Notes: generated by a model from the sequence alone, not told the origin. DNA of 64,000 nt from an uncultured Eubacteriales bacterium (GCA_934444645.1 CAKSCV010000002.1:70464-134463), one strand, 5' to 3'. Shown: positions 20,832 to 30,247, counted from the first letter of the stretch. Made by a program: numbers and translations.

Positions 20832-21707
20832 ATGAGCTATGATAAATTCGGAAAACGCTCCGATACATATTTCAAGAAAGCAAACAAAAATCAGAATACT
20901 TCTCGCCGCGAACGGCCGGCCGGACAAAAAAAGCCATATAATTCCGGCGATGAACGTCCCGAACGCGAGCCGCTTAATAACGGCTCGATTCCCGGTCGAA
21001 ATGCGGTGCGGGAGCTTCTTAAATCCGGCAGAGCCGTGGAAAAAATCTTTGTTCAGGCCGGTGAACGGGAGGGTTCTATCACGGTGCTTGCGGCAGAGGC
21101 TCTTTCACGCGGCATTCCGCTGATTGAAGTGGAACGAGCAAAACTGGATGCCCTTTGCGGCTATGAACAGCACCAAGGCATTGTCGCCATAGCTTCCGAA
21201 AAAGAATATGTCACGATCGAAGATGTGTTAAAAATCGCCGAAGAACGCGGCGAAAAGCCGTTAATTGTTATCGCGGACGGAATCTCCGATCCGCATAATT
21301 TAGGTGCGATCATCCGCTGTGCCGAAGGTGCCGGCGCACATGGGATCATCATTCCCAAACGCCGTGCTGCCTGCATTACGCCGGCCGTAGTCAAAGCGTC
21401 TGCCGGCGCGGTCGAGCATTTGGCAGCCGTGAAATGCACCAATATTACGGAAACCATCAAAAAGCTGAAGGATCTCGGTCTTTGGATCTTTGCCGCCGAG
21501 GCAGATGGAACGCCTTATGATAAAGCGGACTATACCGTCGGCTGTGCGCTGGTTTTGGGCAGCGAGGAAAACGGCGTTTCCGATTTGGTGCGCAAAAATT
21601 GCGATTTTACCGTATCCATTCCCATGTGTGGAAAAGTCAATTCGTTAAATGTGTCTACAGCAGCTGCGGTGCTATTGTATGAGGCTATTCGCCAAAGAAG
21701 CTTATAA
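20832..21707 (+). CDS. rlmB: 23S rRNA (guanosine-2'-O)-methyltransferase RlmB (SpoU/TrmH family)
   Basis: SpoU motifs 'NLGAIIRCAEGAG', 'LVLGSEENGVS' and 'IPMCGKVNSLNVSTAAAVLLYE', preceded by a basic N-terminal extension. Confidence 0.9.
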   Translation: MSYDKFGKRSDTYFKKANKNQNTSRRERPAGQKKPYNSGDERPEREPLNNGSIPGRNAVRELLKSGRAVEKIFVQAGEREGSITVLAAEALSRGIPLIEVERAKLDALCGYEQHQGIVAIASEKEYVTIEDVLKIAEERGEKPLIVIADGISDPHNLGAIIRCAEGAGAHGIIIPKRRAACITPAVVKASAGAVEHLAAVKCTNITETIKKLKDLGLWIFAAEADGTPYDKADYTVGCALVLGSEENGVSDLVRKNCDFTVSIPMCGKVNSLNVSTAAAVLLYEAIRQRSL

Positions 21708-21745
21708 AGCACCTGTATTCTGCGGAATCAGACAAAAAAGAAAGG

Positions 21746-24121
21746 ATGAAAACAGTGTCGGAAAAAAACACCAAAAATGCCGGACGCTTTAAGCGTTTGT
21801 TCGGCCTTGACCGGGATGAGCGTGAAGATGACCGTGTTGAAGTGACGGAAGATGTTTTCTCGGACGATTCGGAAGATATCCCGGAAGCCGTGAAAGCTGA
21901 ATCAAAAAAAGCGGCTGCTTCCGAAGATTCCGCCGCCGATATTGAAAAAGAAGCCCGTAACTTTTATAATAATCATCATGCCAAATCGGTGGAGGACAGA
22001 GTACGCAGCATTCATGAAAATGCTTTGCACAGCTATGCCAATGAATCGGAAGTTGAACCGCTTCCGACAGAAGGGGAGTCCGAAACCAAAACGGAAGAAA
22101 CCGATACTGCCGATACGGAATACGTGCAAGCAGATGAAACTGCGGAAATATCGGATGAAGAAAGTACCGATTCCGAGGATGTCTATGCAGAGAATGACGC
22201 GGACAGTGCCGCCGAAGACTTTGGCGAAACCAAAAACTATGATATGTCCCGGTTGATTTCGGTGTTGAAGGGTACCAAAAACAGCGGCTCGAAACGGAAA
22301 AAATACGACGACGAGGACGAGGCTGTCTACGATGATGAGGATGACCCGAATCAAACGGAGGATGCGCTGGATATTCATGATTCCGAATTGTACGATGACG
22401 TCAATGAGTACCGCCACGATTTTGAATATACCGAACGCGTACAGGGAGCTGCACTTTTTGCCGATTTTCGCAAAAGTGCCGTTATTGCCACAATTTCCGT
22501 TGTTTTGTCGCTTTTGGCAACCGTAGTTTGCGTGTGGTTTGAGCTCGGTCATGCCGCAGGACTTCCGTTTTCCGGCATGATGATGCCCGGTCGCTACGGC
22601 CGCGTCTATGCCATGATCTGCCTGCAGGTGCTTGCTGTTGCCGTCTTCTTTAACTTAGACGGACTTTCGCGCGGCTTTCACAAGCTTTCGCTCAAACGCC
22701 CGGCACCCGAAGCCGTTGCGGCGGTAAGCGTAACTGTGTGTGCGCTGCATACGATTTATACGGCTGTTGCCGCCTATGAAGCGTCTTCCTATAAAACGTA
22801 TTGCTTTGCAGGCTGCTTCATCCTGTTTGTCCTCTCGGTCAATACCTTTGTAAAGGCGTATACACGCTTCAAATCCTTTGCCATGGTGCTTTCGAAAAAG
22901 CCGAAACTGGCGACAAAGAATCTGGATCATCTGGCGGAAGAATTTTCTGCGTTTGATAAATATCTGAGCGAAGACAGCGAGGTTTTGGCTGTGACAAAAA
23001 CCGCATCGGTTTCCGATTTTGTCAAGCGCACCTACACAGTGCCTTCCGCGCTCCGCTCGTGCAATGCGTTTACATATACCATGCTCGTTGTCAGCGTTGT
23101 TTTGGCGCTTGTCGGTATGTTCTTCTTAAAAAAATCACCGTATGATGCCATCAGCGGCGGCTTGCTTGTTTATCTGTTTTCTGCTCCGGTCGGAATGCTT
23201 CTTGCGACGGCTCTCCCGTTTTTTGTTTCTTCCATGAAAGCGTCGGCTTTACACGCCGCAATCCTTGGTGAGGCTGCCGGCGACTTTTTGGATAATGCCG
23301 CTGTGCTTTCGTTTGATGATACGGAGGTGTTTCCGCCGAAAACCGTAAAAATCACCAATATCAAAACCTATAACGAACACCGTATCGATAAAATTGTCGT
23401 TTATATGACGGCTATTTTCAATAAGATTGGCGGACCGCTTTCCTATGTGTTTGCAAGCTCCTTACAGGAGATTCCGGCCGATGTCGGCGAGATCATGGTG
23501 CATGAAACAAGCTCCGACGGGCTTCATTTAAAGGTCGGCGAGGACGATGTTTTGGTCGGAACAAGCGCGTATTTGCGGATGTTTGACATTGAAACGCCGG
23601 TGGATGCGGTTGATGAAACCGAAATGCGTTCTCTTACAAGCATTTTATTCCTTGTGTGCAACAATGAAATCGCCGCAAAGTTTTATATCCGCTATTCCTT
23701 CAACCGCCGGTTTGAACCGGTTTTGCGCGGCATTTACGATGCCGGCATCTGCTGTGGTATCCGTACCTTTGATCCGGGCGTGGATGATCAGTTGGTTGCC
23801 GGAAACCTCAAAGAAACCAATTATCCGATCCATGTGATCCGCAAGGATATCAAGGAAATCGACCATGTCGAGGAATCGCTTTCGAGCAGCGTCATTTCAC
23901 TTTCGTCGATACATAATTATCTGAAAGCATTTTTGCTTGTCGATCGGCTGAACGGTCTTTATCGCACGGCCAAGATCCTTTCGTTTATCGGCGCACTTGT
24001 CGGATTGGCTCTTTCGGCTTTCTTCTTTGTCACCGGCGGCACGCTTGCTGCATCATCGTTGTTGCTGTTCCAGATCTTCTGGCTGCTTCCGCCGGCACTT
24101 TTCTCGTTCCTCGGAAAATAA
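21746..24121 (+). CDS. Membrane protein resembling a P1B-type ATPase scaffold with degenerate catalytic motifs, fused to a poly-acidic N-terminal region
   Basis: After about 230 D/E/S/T-rich residues come TM helices and blocks that align by eye with heavy-metal P-type ATPases ('FVKAYTRFKSFAMVLSKKPKLAT'). The motifs are degenerate: 'SAPVGMLLATALP' stands where CPC would be, 'SFDDTEVF' where DKTGT would be, and 'RTFDPG' where TGDN would be. An alternative GTG start is at 21758. Confidence 0.6.
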   Translation: MKTVSEKNTKNAGRFKRLFGLDRDEREDDRVEVTEDVFSDDSEDIPEAVKAESKKAAASEDSAADIEKEARNFYNNHHAKSVEDRVRSIHENALHSYANESEVEPLPTEGESETKTEETDTADTEYVQADETAEISDEESTDSEDVYAENDADSAAEDFGETKNYDMSRLISVLKGTKNSGSKRKKYDDEDEAVYDDEDDPNQTEDALDIHDSELYDDVNEYRHDFEYTERVQGAALFADFRKSAVIATISVVLSLLATVVCVWFELGHAAGLPFSGMMMPGRYGRVYAMICLQVLAVAVFFNLDGLSRGFHKLSLKRPAPEAVAAVSVTVCALHTIYTAVAAYEASSYKTYCFAGCFILFVLSVNTFVKAYTRFKSFAMVLSKKPKLATKNLDHLAEEFSAFDKYLSEDSEVLAVTKTASVSDFVKRTYTVPSALRSCNAFTYTMLVVSVVLALVGMFFLKKSPYDAISGGLLVYLFSAPVGMLLATALPFFVSSMKASALHAAILGEAAGDFLDNAAVLSFDDTEVFPPKTVKITNIKTYNEHRIDKIVVYMTAIFNKIGGPLSYVFASSLQEIPADVGEIMVHETSSDGLHLKVGEDDVLVGTSAYLRMFDIETPVDAVDETEMRSLTSILFLVCNNEIAAKFYIRYSFNRRFEPVLRGIYDAGICCGIRTFDPGVDDQLVAGNLKETNYPIHVIRKDIKEIDHVEESLSSSVISLSSIHNYLKAFLLVDRLNGLYRTAKILSFIGALVGLALSAFFFVTGGTLAASSLLLFQIFWLLPPALFSFLGK

Positions 24122-24146
24122 TTATATAAAAAGGAGATACATTACT

Positions 24147-25751
24147 ATGAAGCTCTTCAAAAAAATCCTATTCGCGGCATTGTTGGTCGGAACTTTCTCC
24201 ATGGCGGCATTTTCTGCCGACGCCGAGATTCCCGATGAACACTTAAAGGATATTAAATCCTCCGATGAACAAAGCATCAGCATCCTTTGCGTCGGCAACT
24301 CCATCCTTAACCACGGCGCAAGCGAATCGATCGGTTGGTTCGGAAACTGGGGTATGGCTGCTTCCGCACAGGAAAAGGACTACTTCCATCTGCTCCAACA
24401 GAAGGTAGCCGATGCCGGTTACGGCAATGTCGTTTGGAGCTCAGTCGGCGTAGCACCGCTTGAACGTGAAATCGATACGCGTACCGATTACGATTACAAA
24501 AAAGAGATCGATTCCATGCTCGCTCCGTCGGTCACCAAAGCCGTGCCCGACGTGGTCATTTTCCAAATCGGTGAAAATGTCAACAAAGGCCCGACACGTG
24601 AGTCGTATGAAATTGCACTCACTAAATTTGCCGAATATTGCCAAACGGTCAATCCCGATGTCGAAATTATTTTCTGCAAACCGTTCTGGGACGGCAAAGC
24701 ATTATGCATGGGCGCACAGAATGCCGCTATTAACCTCGGCTTTACCTATGCGGATCTCGCACAGTTCAACACGAATGAAAACAAAGCGGTTGGCTTGTTT
24801 GAGCACGGCGGCGTTGCCAATCATCCGGGCGACAAGGGCATGGCCAACATTGCCGATGAAATTTTCAAACAGCTCGACATTATCCTCTATAAAAAATGCA
24901 AGGATCCTGCACAGGTAGAGGTCAAGCTCGACGGCAAGTACATCACATTTGACGTGCTGCCGCGTTTGGTGAACGACCGTACCATGATTCCGGTTCGTGC
25001 GGTTGCCGAAGCGTTCGGCGCCGATGTGGATTGGGATGAAGAAACGGAAACCGTGATTATTGAAAACGGTTCTGTCAAGATTTTCATGAAGCTCGGCGAA
25101 AACTTCTTTACCAAAAACGGCGAAAAAATCGAGCTCGATGCTCCTGCATTCGAAACCGACGGCCGCACGCTTGTACCGGCAAGAGCCATTGCCGAGTCGC
25201 TTGACTGCAAGGTCGATTGGGACGATAAAACCCAAACCGCTTTGGTATTCTCTCCGGCGGAAGAAACTGCAAAGCTTCCGACTGCCGTTGAGGCCGACCC
25301 GTGCGAAAATCTCAAGAAGTACGGCTTCTACGCCGGCGGAAACTCCAAGGTCTCAGTCGTTGATGATAACGACGAGCATGGCAAGGTATATAAGGTCGAA
25401 GCCACTACTGCCGGAAAATCGTGGACGTATATCTGGGTGAAAATGGATTTGGAACCCGGTAAGACCTATATTGTCGAAGCGGATTTGAAAGCAGCCGATA
25501 CCAACGGTGCCGGTGAAACGGTGGATAAAGGCAATATCGGCTTTTGCCTGCATTTCGACGGCAAAGATCACGGTATCGGCATGACCCAGGCCACGACCGA
25601 TGAATGGACGCATGCTGCAGTGGAATATTCGGTTCCGGAGGGCTTTACAAAGAATCTGGACAACGATTCCTTCGGCATCTTTACTGACCCGTTAAACAAT
25701 ATTGCTGGAAGCTTCTATGTCGACAATATCACCGTAAAAGTAAAAGAATAA
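24147..25751 (+). CDS. Secreted multidomain protein: SGNH-like esterase domain + two copper-amine-oxidase-N-terminal-like (stalk) repeats + C-terminal CBM-like beta-sandwich
   Basis: Signal peptide 'MKLFKKILFAALLVGTFSMAAFSA'. A 'CVGNSILNHG' block and a later 'ANHPGD' block are SGNH-like. There are two stalk repeats ('DGKYITFDV..RTMIPVRAVAEAFGADVDWD' and 'RTLVPARAIAESLDCKVDWD'). SD 'AAGGAG' lies upstream of ATG 24147. Confidence 0.75.
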   Translation: MKLFKKILFAALLVGTFSMAAFSADAEIPDEHLKDIKSSDEQSISILCVGNSILNHGASESIGWFGNWGMAASAQEKDYFHLLQQKVADAGYGNVVWSSVGVAPLEREIDTRTDYDYKKEIDSMLAPSVTKAVPDVVIFQIGENVNKGPTRESYEIALTKFAEYCQTVNPDVEIIFCKPFWDGKALCMGAQNAAINLGFTYADLAQFNTNENKAVGLFEHGGVANHPGDKGMANIADEIFKQLDIILYKKCKDPAQVEVKLDGKYITFDVLPRLVNDRTMIPVRAVAEAFGADVDWDEETETVIIENGSVKIFMKLGENFFTKNGEKIELDAPAFETDGRTLVPARAIAESLDCKVDWDDKTQTALVFSPAEETAKLPTAVEADPCENLKKYGFYAGGNSKVSVVDDNDEHGKVYKVEATTAGKSWTYIWVKMDLEPGKTYIVEADLKAADTNGAGETVDKGNIGFCLHFDGKDHGIGMTQATTDEWTHAAVEYSVPEGFTKNLDNDSFGIFTDPLNNIAGSFYVDNITVKVKE

Positions 25752-25757
25752 CAGAAC

Positions 25758-25803
25758 GCACACGCGATTTGGAAAAATGCACAAATCGCGTGTGCTCTTT
25801 TTG
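25758..25803 (+). terminator. Intrinsic terminator
   Basis: GCACACGCGATTTG (25758-25771) / CAAATCGCGTGTGC (25782-25795) followed by TCTTTTTGTT. Confidence 0.85.
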
Positions 25804-25851
25804 TTGAAAAGGGAAAAAAACGAGTACTTTTTATAAAATGCCGGTTTTTAG

Positions 25852-25880
25852 TTGACTTATTACAAAAAAATTGGTATAAT
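25852..25880 (+). promoter_or_regulatory. Sigma-A-type promoter
   Basis: TTGACT (25852-25857), a 17-nt spacer, then TATAAT (25875-25880), with an extended -10 TG (TGgTATAAT). Confidence 0.7.
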
Positions 25881-25927
25881 ATTCAATAAGAAAGGGATGT
25901 TTCCCGAATAAATAAAGGAGAATGATT

Positions 25928-27037
25928 ATGAAAAAAATCACTCGTATCGTCCTTGCGGCACTTCTTGTTGCCTGCACGGTATTCACCTTTGCAGCTTTTG
26001 CCGAAGATGAAGGTCGCGTCATTACGGTAACGCTCGACGGCAATCCCATTGCTTTTGACGTTCCGCCGCAGCTTATCGAAGGCAGAACCATGGTTCCGCT
26101 TCGCATGATTTTCGAAGCCCTCGGTGCAGAAGTTTCTTGGGATGATGCAACCCAGACCGCCAGCGGCGTAAAGGGCGACACCACTGTCAAGATCACCATC
26201 AACGAAAAGGTTCTCTATAAGAACGGCCAGGCAATCACGCTCGATGTTCCGGCGCAGCTGGTCAATGACCGCACGCTCGTTCCGGCTCGTGCCATTTCCG
26301 AAAGCTTTGAAGTTAAGGTTGACTGGGATGACGCTACCTCTACGGTTATCCTCGAAAGCCCGAAGGCTGTTGAAAAGAAGCACGTTGAACTGAAAAAAGA
26401 CGCTTTTGTTGCCGGTAACGGTTACCACATTATCAGCAATGACGGCGATAAGATTTCGGAAAATTCTCCGGTTACCGTGGCAGATGTTGAAGGCGGCGTA
26501 CAGGTTTCGCACGGCGGCTACTATCAGGACGGCAAGAACTGGGGCGGCGTTGCACTCAAAGACGCTTATAAGCTTGATGGTCTTTCGGTTACCGTTAAAT
26601 ACGATCAGGTTCCGGAGGTTACCTCTGCGACGGACTGCTGGATCTGCATTGATTTCTTAAATAAGCCGCAGCTGTTCCAGGTCGGTGATGTTGCCGGCAA
26701 CCCGGGCTTTATGAATCTTTTCCGCTTTGGCAAACCGGCTCTTGAACTCTATAACGGTATAACGACATTCCAAGGCATCTCCGGTCTTGAATATGACAGC
26801 TCTATTTTTGCCATCAAGAGCGGCGACGTCGTAACTGTTTCCGCAAAGCTTGACGGCGATTACTACGCTTTCACAATTACAAAAGGCGACAAGTCGTATA
26901 CCTATACGTATGAAAGCTCCGATTTTACCAAGGTGTTTACCGACGGTAAGGCACATGTAGCACTTTCCGCTTCCTGCAAGGGTTCGCAGAAAGACGCATT
27001 CAAATATACCATTACCGATATTTCGTATGTCGACTAA
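25928..27037 (+). CDS. Secreted protein: two copper-amine-oxidase-N-terminal-like (stalk) repeats + C-terminal domain of unknown function
   Basis: Signal peptide 'MKKITRIVLAALLVACTVFTFAAFA'. Repeats 'DGNPIAFDVPPQLIEGRTMVPLRMIFEALGAEVSWD' and 'RTLVPARAISESFEVKVDWD'. SD 'AAGGAG' lies 7 nt upstream of ATG 25928. Confidence 0.75.
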   Translation: MKKITRIVLAALLVACTVFTFAAFAEDEGRVITVTLDGNPIAFDVPPQLIEGRTMVPLRMIFEALGAEVSWDDATQTASGVKGDTTVKITINEKVLYKNGQAITLDVPAQLVNDRTLVPARAISESFEVKVDWDDATSTVILESPKAVEKKHVELKKDAFVAGNGYHIISNDGDKISENSPVTVADVEGGVQVSHGGYYQDGKNWGGVALKDAYKLDGLSVTVKYDQVPEVTSATDCWICIDFLNKPQLFQVGDVAGNPGFMNLFRFGKPALELYNGITTFQGISGLEYDSSIFAIKSGDVVTVSAKLDGDYYAFTITKGDKSYTYTYESSDFTKVFTDGKAHVALSASCKGSQKDAFKYTITDISYVD

Positions 27038-27049
27038 TTAAGTATAAGA

Positions 27050-27092
27050 AAAAATCCGTGTTTCGGTTTTCCGAAGCACGGATTTTTTGTTG
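27050..27092. terminator. Bidirectional intrinsic terminator in the convergent gap
   Basis: ATCCGTGTTTCGG (27054-27066) / CCGAAGCACGGAT (27071-27083), with one G-U pair. It is flanked by an A-run on the left and a T-run on the right, so it can terminate on both strands. Confidence 0.85.
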
Positions 27093-27093
27093 T

Positions 27094-27948
27094 TCAAAGA
27101 AGCGGATTCTTGAATAAACGCTTCCGCTTATCCATATACGCTTTGTCCGGTACAGTAAAATTGTGTCCGTCAGCGGATAGTCCAAGTCCGGCATACTTGC
27201 TCTCGCCTAAACGATGATAGGCAAGAAGCTCGACGGGAACCTCCGGATATCCGGCAAGGAACTCTGCGATTTTCCGCATTTCCTCCATGTCTCCGTTTCG
27301 CTCCGGAATGACCGGTACGCGTACCAAAACTTTGACTCCTAACGCATAAAGCCGCTTGAAATTGGAAAGGAGCTGTGCATTGTCCGCACCCGTCCAAGCC
27401 AAATGCTTTTCCGGTGAAACAGCTTTAATATCATACAAAAACAGATCGGTAAACGGCAATACCCTCTCAAACAGCACAAACGGTACGTTCCCGGCGGTAT
27501 CAACGCAGGTGTGAAGTCCCCTCTCTTTACAGGCTTTGAGCAGTGTTTCCAAAAAATCGATTTGCAGCATACATTCACCGCCGGAAAAGGTAACACCGCC
27601 ATCCAAACCGTAAAAATCGCGATCGCGAAGTACTTCTGATAGTATGTCACGAACCGATCGCCGTTTGCCGCAGACAGACACTGCGCCGGTTGGGCAGACA
27701 TCGCCGCACCTGCCGCACAGCAGGCATTTTTCCGGTGATGGACACACGCTTTTGCACGTGCCGCAGCCGATGCATTTATCTGCATAAAACAGCTTGCATG
27801 GCGCGTGGTTTTGACTTTCGGGATTGTGACACCAATCACACCGCAGGTTGCAGCCTTTGAAAAAGACGGTTGTGCGAAGTCCCGGTCCATCTACAAAAGA
27901 GGAATGTGCGATGTCAAACACCATGCCGGTTGTATCAAATGCGCCCAT
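27094..27948 (-). CDS. Glycyl-radical enzyme activating protein (radical SAM, with two extra ferredoxin-type 4Fe-4S motifs)
   Basis: 'CNLRCDWCHNPE' (CX3CX2C), 'CIGCGTCKSVCP' and 'CLLCGRCGDVCP'. ATG 27948 sits behind 'GAGAGG', 4 nt after the GRE stop codon. The longer track ORF (to 28002) overlaps the GRE gene. Confidence 0.92.
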   Translation of the reverse strand: MGAFDTTGMVFDIAHSSFVDGPGLRTTVFFKGCNLRCDWCHNPESQNHAPCKLFYADKCIGCGTCKSVCPSPEKCLLCGRCGDVCPTGAVSVCGKRRSVRDILSEVLRDRDFYGLDGGVTFSGGECMLQIDFLETLLKACKERGLHTCVDTAGNVPFVLFERVLPFTDLFLYDIKAVSPEKHLAWTGADNAQLLSNFKRLYALGVKVLVRVPVIPERNGDMEEMRKIAEFLAGYPEVPVELLAYHRLGESKYAGLGLSADGHNFTVPDKAYMDKRKRLFKNPLL

Positions 27949-27952
27949 CTTT

Positions 27953-30079
27953 CTACCTCTCAAGCGTGCGGTGCAGGATTTCATCCTGAATTCCGGCTTC
28001 AAGCTTTACAAATGTACCGGAATAGCCACTGACGCGCACACGAAGCGATTGATAGTTTTCGGGATGCTCCAAAGCATCTTTCAACTCGCCGGCACTCAAA
28101 TAGTTTAATTGAACGTGCATACCGCCTTGTTTGAAGTAGGTTTCAATCGTTTTGCACAGCTTAGCAAAATAAGCATCGTTTTTTACCAAGGCTTCATCGA
28201 CCATAAGATTGCACACGAACGGACCGCACAAAATTCCTTTCGGGTCCATTTTTGCAACCGAGGCGAGAAGCGCGGCAATGCCTTCGCGGTCTTTGCCGCG
28301 TCCCTGACCGGAGCCGACAACAAAGGTTTCGCCGTCATACCGGCCGTCCGGCGTGGCGCGCGTGGTTTTTCCGAAAAAGGCAAAATGCGGATGATAGCCG
28401 GCAAGCGTGCCAAATAGGATATGCGCACCGTTATCGAGTCGTTTGTGCGTGGTGAGCTCCCATAAGGTCGTGGTAAACCGTGCAGCCATTTCATCGGATA
28501 AAGGATAGCTGTTGCCGAAAAACTTGCCGGTTTTCATGATTTTGGTGTGTAAGACCGGGTTGTTCTGCCAGTTCTGCTTCAAGGTGTCGATCAAGCATTC
28601 CATGGAAATTTGTTTTTCATCGTAAACAAATTGCTTGATTATGGATAACGAGTCAATAACGGTTGTTAGTCCCATTAAATTTGCGCCGCCGATTTTGATC
28701 TTTGTGCCGCATTGTGTTGGACTCACACCGCTTTCAATGCAACCATTGAACAAAAAAGCGCTTAATACGTTGATATCCTTGGCACGCATCTCGTTAAAAG
28801 CATTGTCATAACGTATAATTTCATCCAATTCGCTTTTCAAAACCGCACGGTAGAGCGAAAAGAATTCTTCAAAGGATTCACAGCCGACAGCTTCCGCTTC
28901 GTGTTCGTACAGCGTTTTTTCAATTGATCGGGCAATGTTTGCGGTCGTTCCGCCGTACCACACACTGCCTTGGAAGGCCGGTTCGTTGCAGCCGACCATG
29001 GTGTAGCGCACGGCTTGGCTGCGGTTAATACCAAGGTTTTCTTCAAAGGACGGTATGTGCGGCTCATCGCTCACAAAGGCAATGCGCTTATATTTATCAT
29101 CACGTTCGCATTTCAATAAATGCTCAAGCACCTCAAACGGTGTCTTTTTTGTCCAGCGCAGGGAAATCTGCGGACGAAGCGTATCGAGATCCATGAGTGC
29201 TTCCACAATGAGGTCAGACAGCTCGTTATAACCGTCCTCGCCGTCCTCTGTATAGCCGCCGATAGCAAAGTGACATTCCGCACCGCGGTCGTTGTTTACA
29301 CAGTTATACGGCGTGAAAGCACAAATGTAAGTAAAAACTTCCTGTATCAGATCTTTTGCCTGTTCGCGTGTCAATGTTCCATTTTCGATATCCTGCTTGT
29401 AAAGCGGATAAAGAAAGCGGTCGATCGTGCCGATGCTGTCAGGCAGATAAGAGAAACAGAAGATAATATCAATCAAACCTTCATAGAAGTTTCGCGCCGG
29501 TTTTGCCGGAACATTTTCCAAAGCGTCGGCAAGGGCATTTAGTTCGTCTTTACGGGTTTTATCAGCCGTTTCTTTTGCAGCGGCACGATAGGCTTCGGCG
29601 TGCCTTGCGGCGCGTTCGGTCACGCCCTTACAGATAATTTCAACACCGCTCAGAAAGTCGAGCTTATCTTTTTCGTATTTGTGCGTTTCCTTGGAAAAGG
29701 CAATATCCCAAAGCAGCTTTTCGACACCGAAACGGATAATTTTTTCATAATCGGGTGTGGAGTGCTGCCACTCGAAAACAACCAAGTTATCACGGTGTTT
29801 GCAATAAAACTCTTGAAGAGCAGCACCGCAGGCGGAATGCCCGACACGGCTAAACAGATCACCCGGAACGCCGGCATTGTAGTAATGCAAAACGCCCGGA
29901 AAGCGGTTGGAATCGGTGAGATACGGTTTCTGTGCAAGAATATATTCGGTGATGCGCTTGGCGTTGAACACGGCTGTCGGGAGAGCAAGATCCATCGGAT
30001 CGTATTCTGCGGCGGTTTGTTCGCCGAAAATGTCGGTGTGCTTAATAAGAGCTGTCAGTTTTTGGATTCGTTCTGTCAT
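27953..30079 (-). CDS. Glycyl-radical enzyme (pyruvate formate-lyase superfamily, single-Cys/PFL2-like), substrate unknown
   Basis: C-terminal glycyl-radical fingerprint 'LRVRVSGYSG' (Gly codon 28025-28027). Active-site loop 'MVGCNEPAF' (Cys codon 28988-28990, with Glu two residues later). 708 aa. Confidence 0.92.
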   Translation of the reverse strand: MTERIQKLTALIKHTDIFGEQTAAEYDPMDLALPTAVFNAKRITEYILAQKPYLTDSNRFPGVLHYYNAGVPGDLFSRVGHSACGAALQEFYCKHRDNLVVFEWQHSTPDYEKIIRFGVEKLLWDIAFSKETHKYEKDKLDFLSGVEIICKGVTERAARHAEAYRAAAKETADKTRKDELNALADALENVPAKPARNFYEGLIDIIFCFSYLPDSIGTIDRFLYPLYKQDIENGTLTREQAKDLIQEVFTYICAFTPYNCVNNDRGAECHFAIGGYTEDGEDGYNELSDLIVEALMDLDTLRPQISLRWTKKTPFEVLEHLLKCERDDKYKRIAFVSDEPHIPSFEENLGINRSQAVRYTMVGCNEPAFQGSVWYGGTTANIARSIEKTLYEHEAEAVGCESFEEFFSLYRAVLKSELDEIIRYDNAFNEMRAKDINVLSAFLFNGCIESGVSPTQCGTKIKIGGANLMGLTTVIDSLSIIKQFVYDEKQISMECLIDTLKQNWQNNPVLHTKIMKTGKFFGNSYPLSDEMAARFTTTLWELTTHKRLDNGAHILFGTLAGYHPHFAFFGKTTRATPDGRYDGETFVVGSGQGRGKDREGIAALLASVAKMDPKGILCGPFVCNLMVDEALVKNDAYFAKLCKTIETYFKQGGMHVQLNYLSAGELKDALEHPENYQSLRVRVSGYSGTFVKLEAGIQDEILHRTLER

Positions 30080-30201
30080 AAGATCAATCTCCTTTCGCCG
30101 ACTTTTCCTATCGGCAAGAAAAGAATACCAAATACGAAGCGAAAAGTAAATGCCGAAATGCGTATATTTATACTTTTTGACACAAATAAGCGGAAAGATA
30201 C

Positions 30202-30230
30202 TTGACTTTTCGGATTCTTGTCTGTATACT
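30202..30230 (+). promoter_or_regulatory. Sigma-A-type promoter of the AraC-family gene
   Basis: TTGACT (30202-30207), a 17-nt spacer, then TATACT (30225-30230). Confidence 0.6.
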
Positions 30231-30247
30231 GATAACGGTGATAGAAT

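Noticed and set aside
20613-20927. A 104-aa minus-strand ORF across the 20.6-20.8 kb intergenic region and the rlmB start.
   Set aside because: It runs antisense through the rlmB promoter (TTTACA-17-TATAAT) and the N-terminus of rlmB. There is no SD, and the sequence is implausible.
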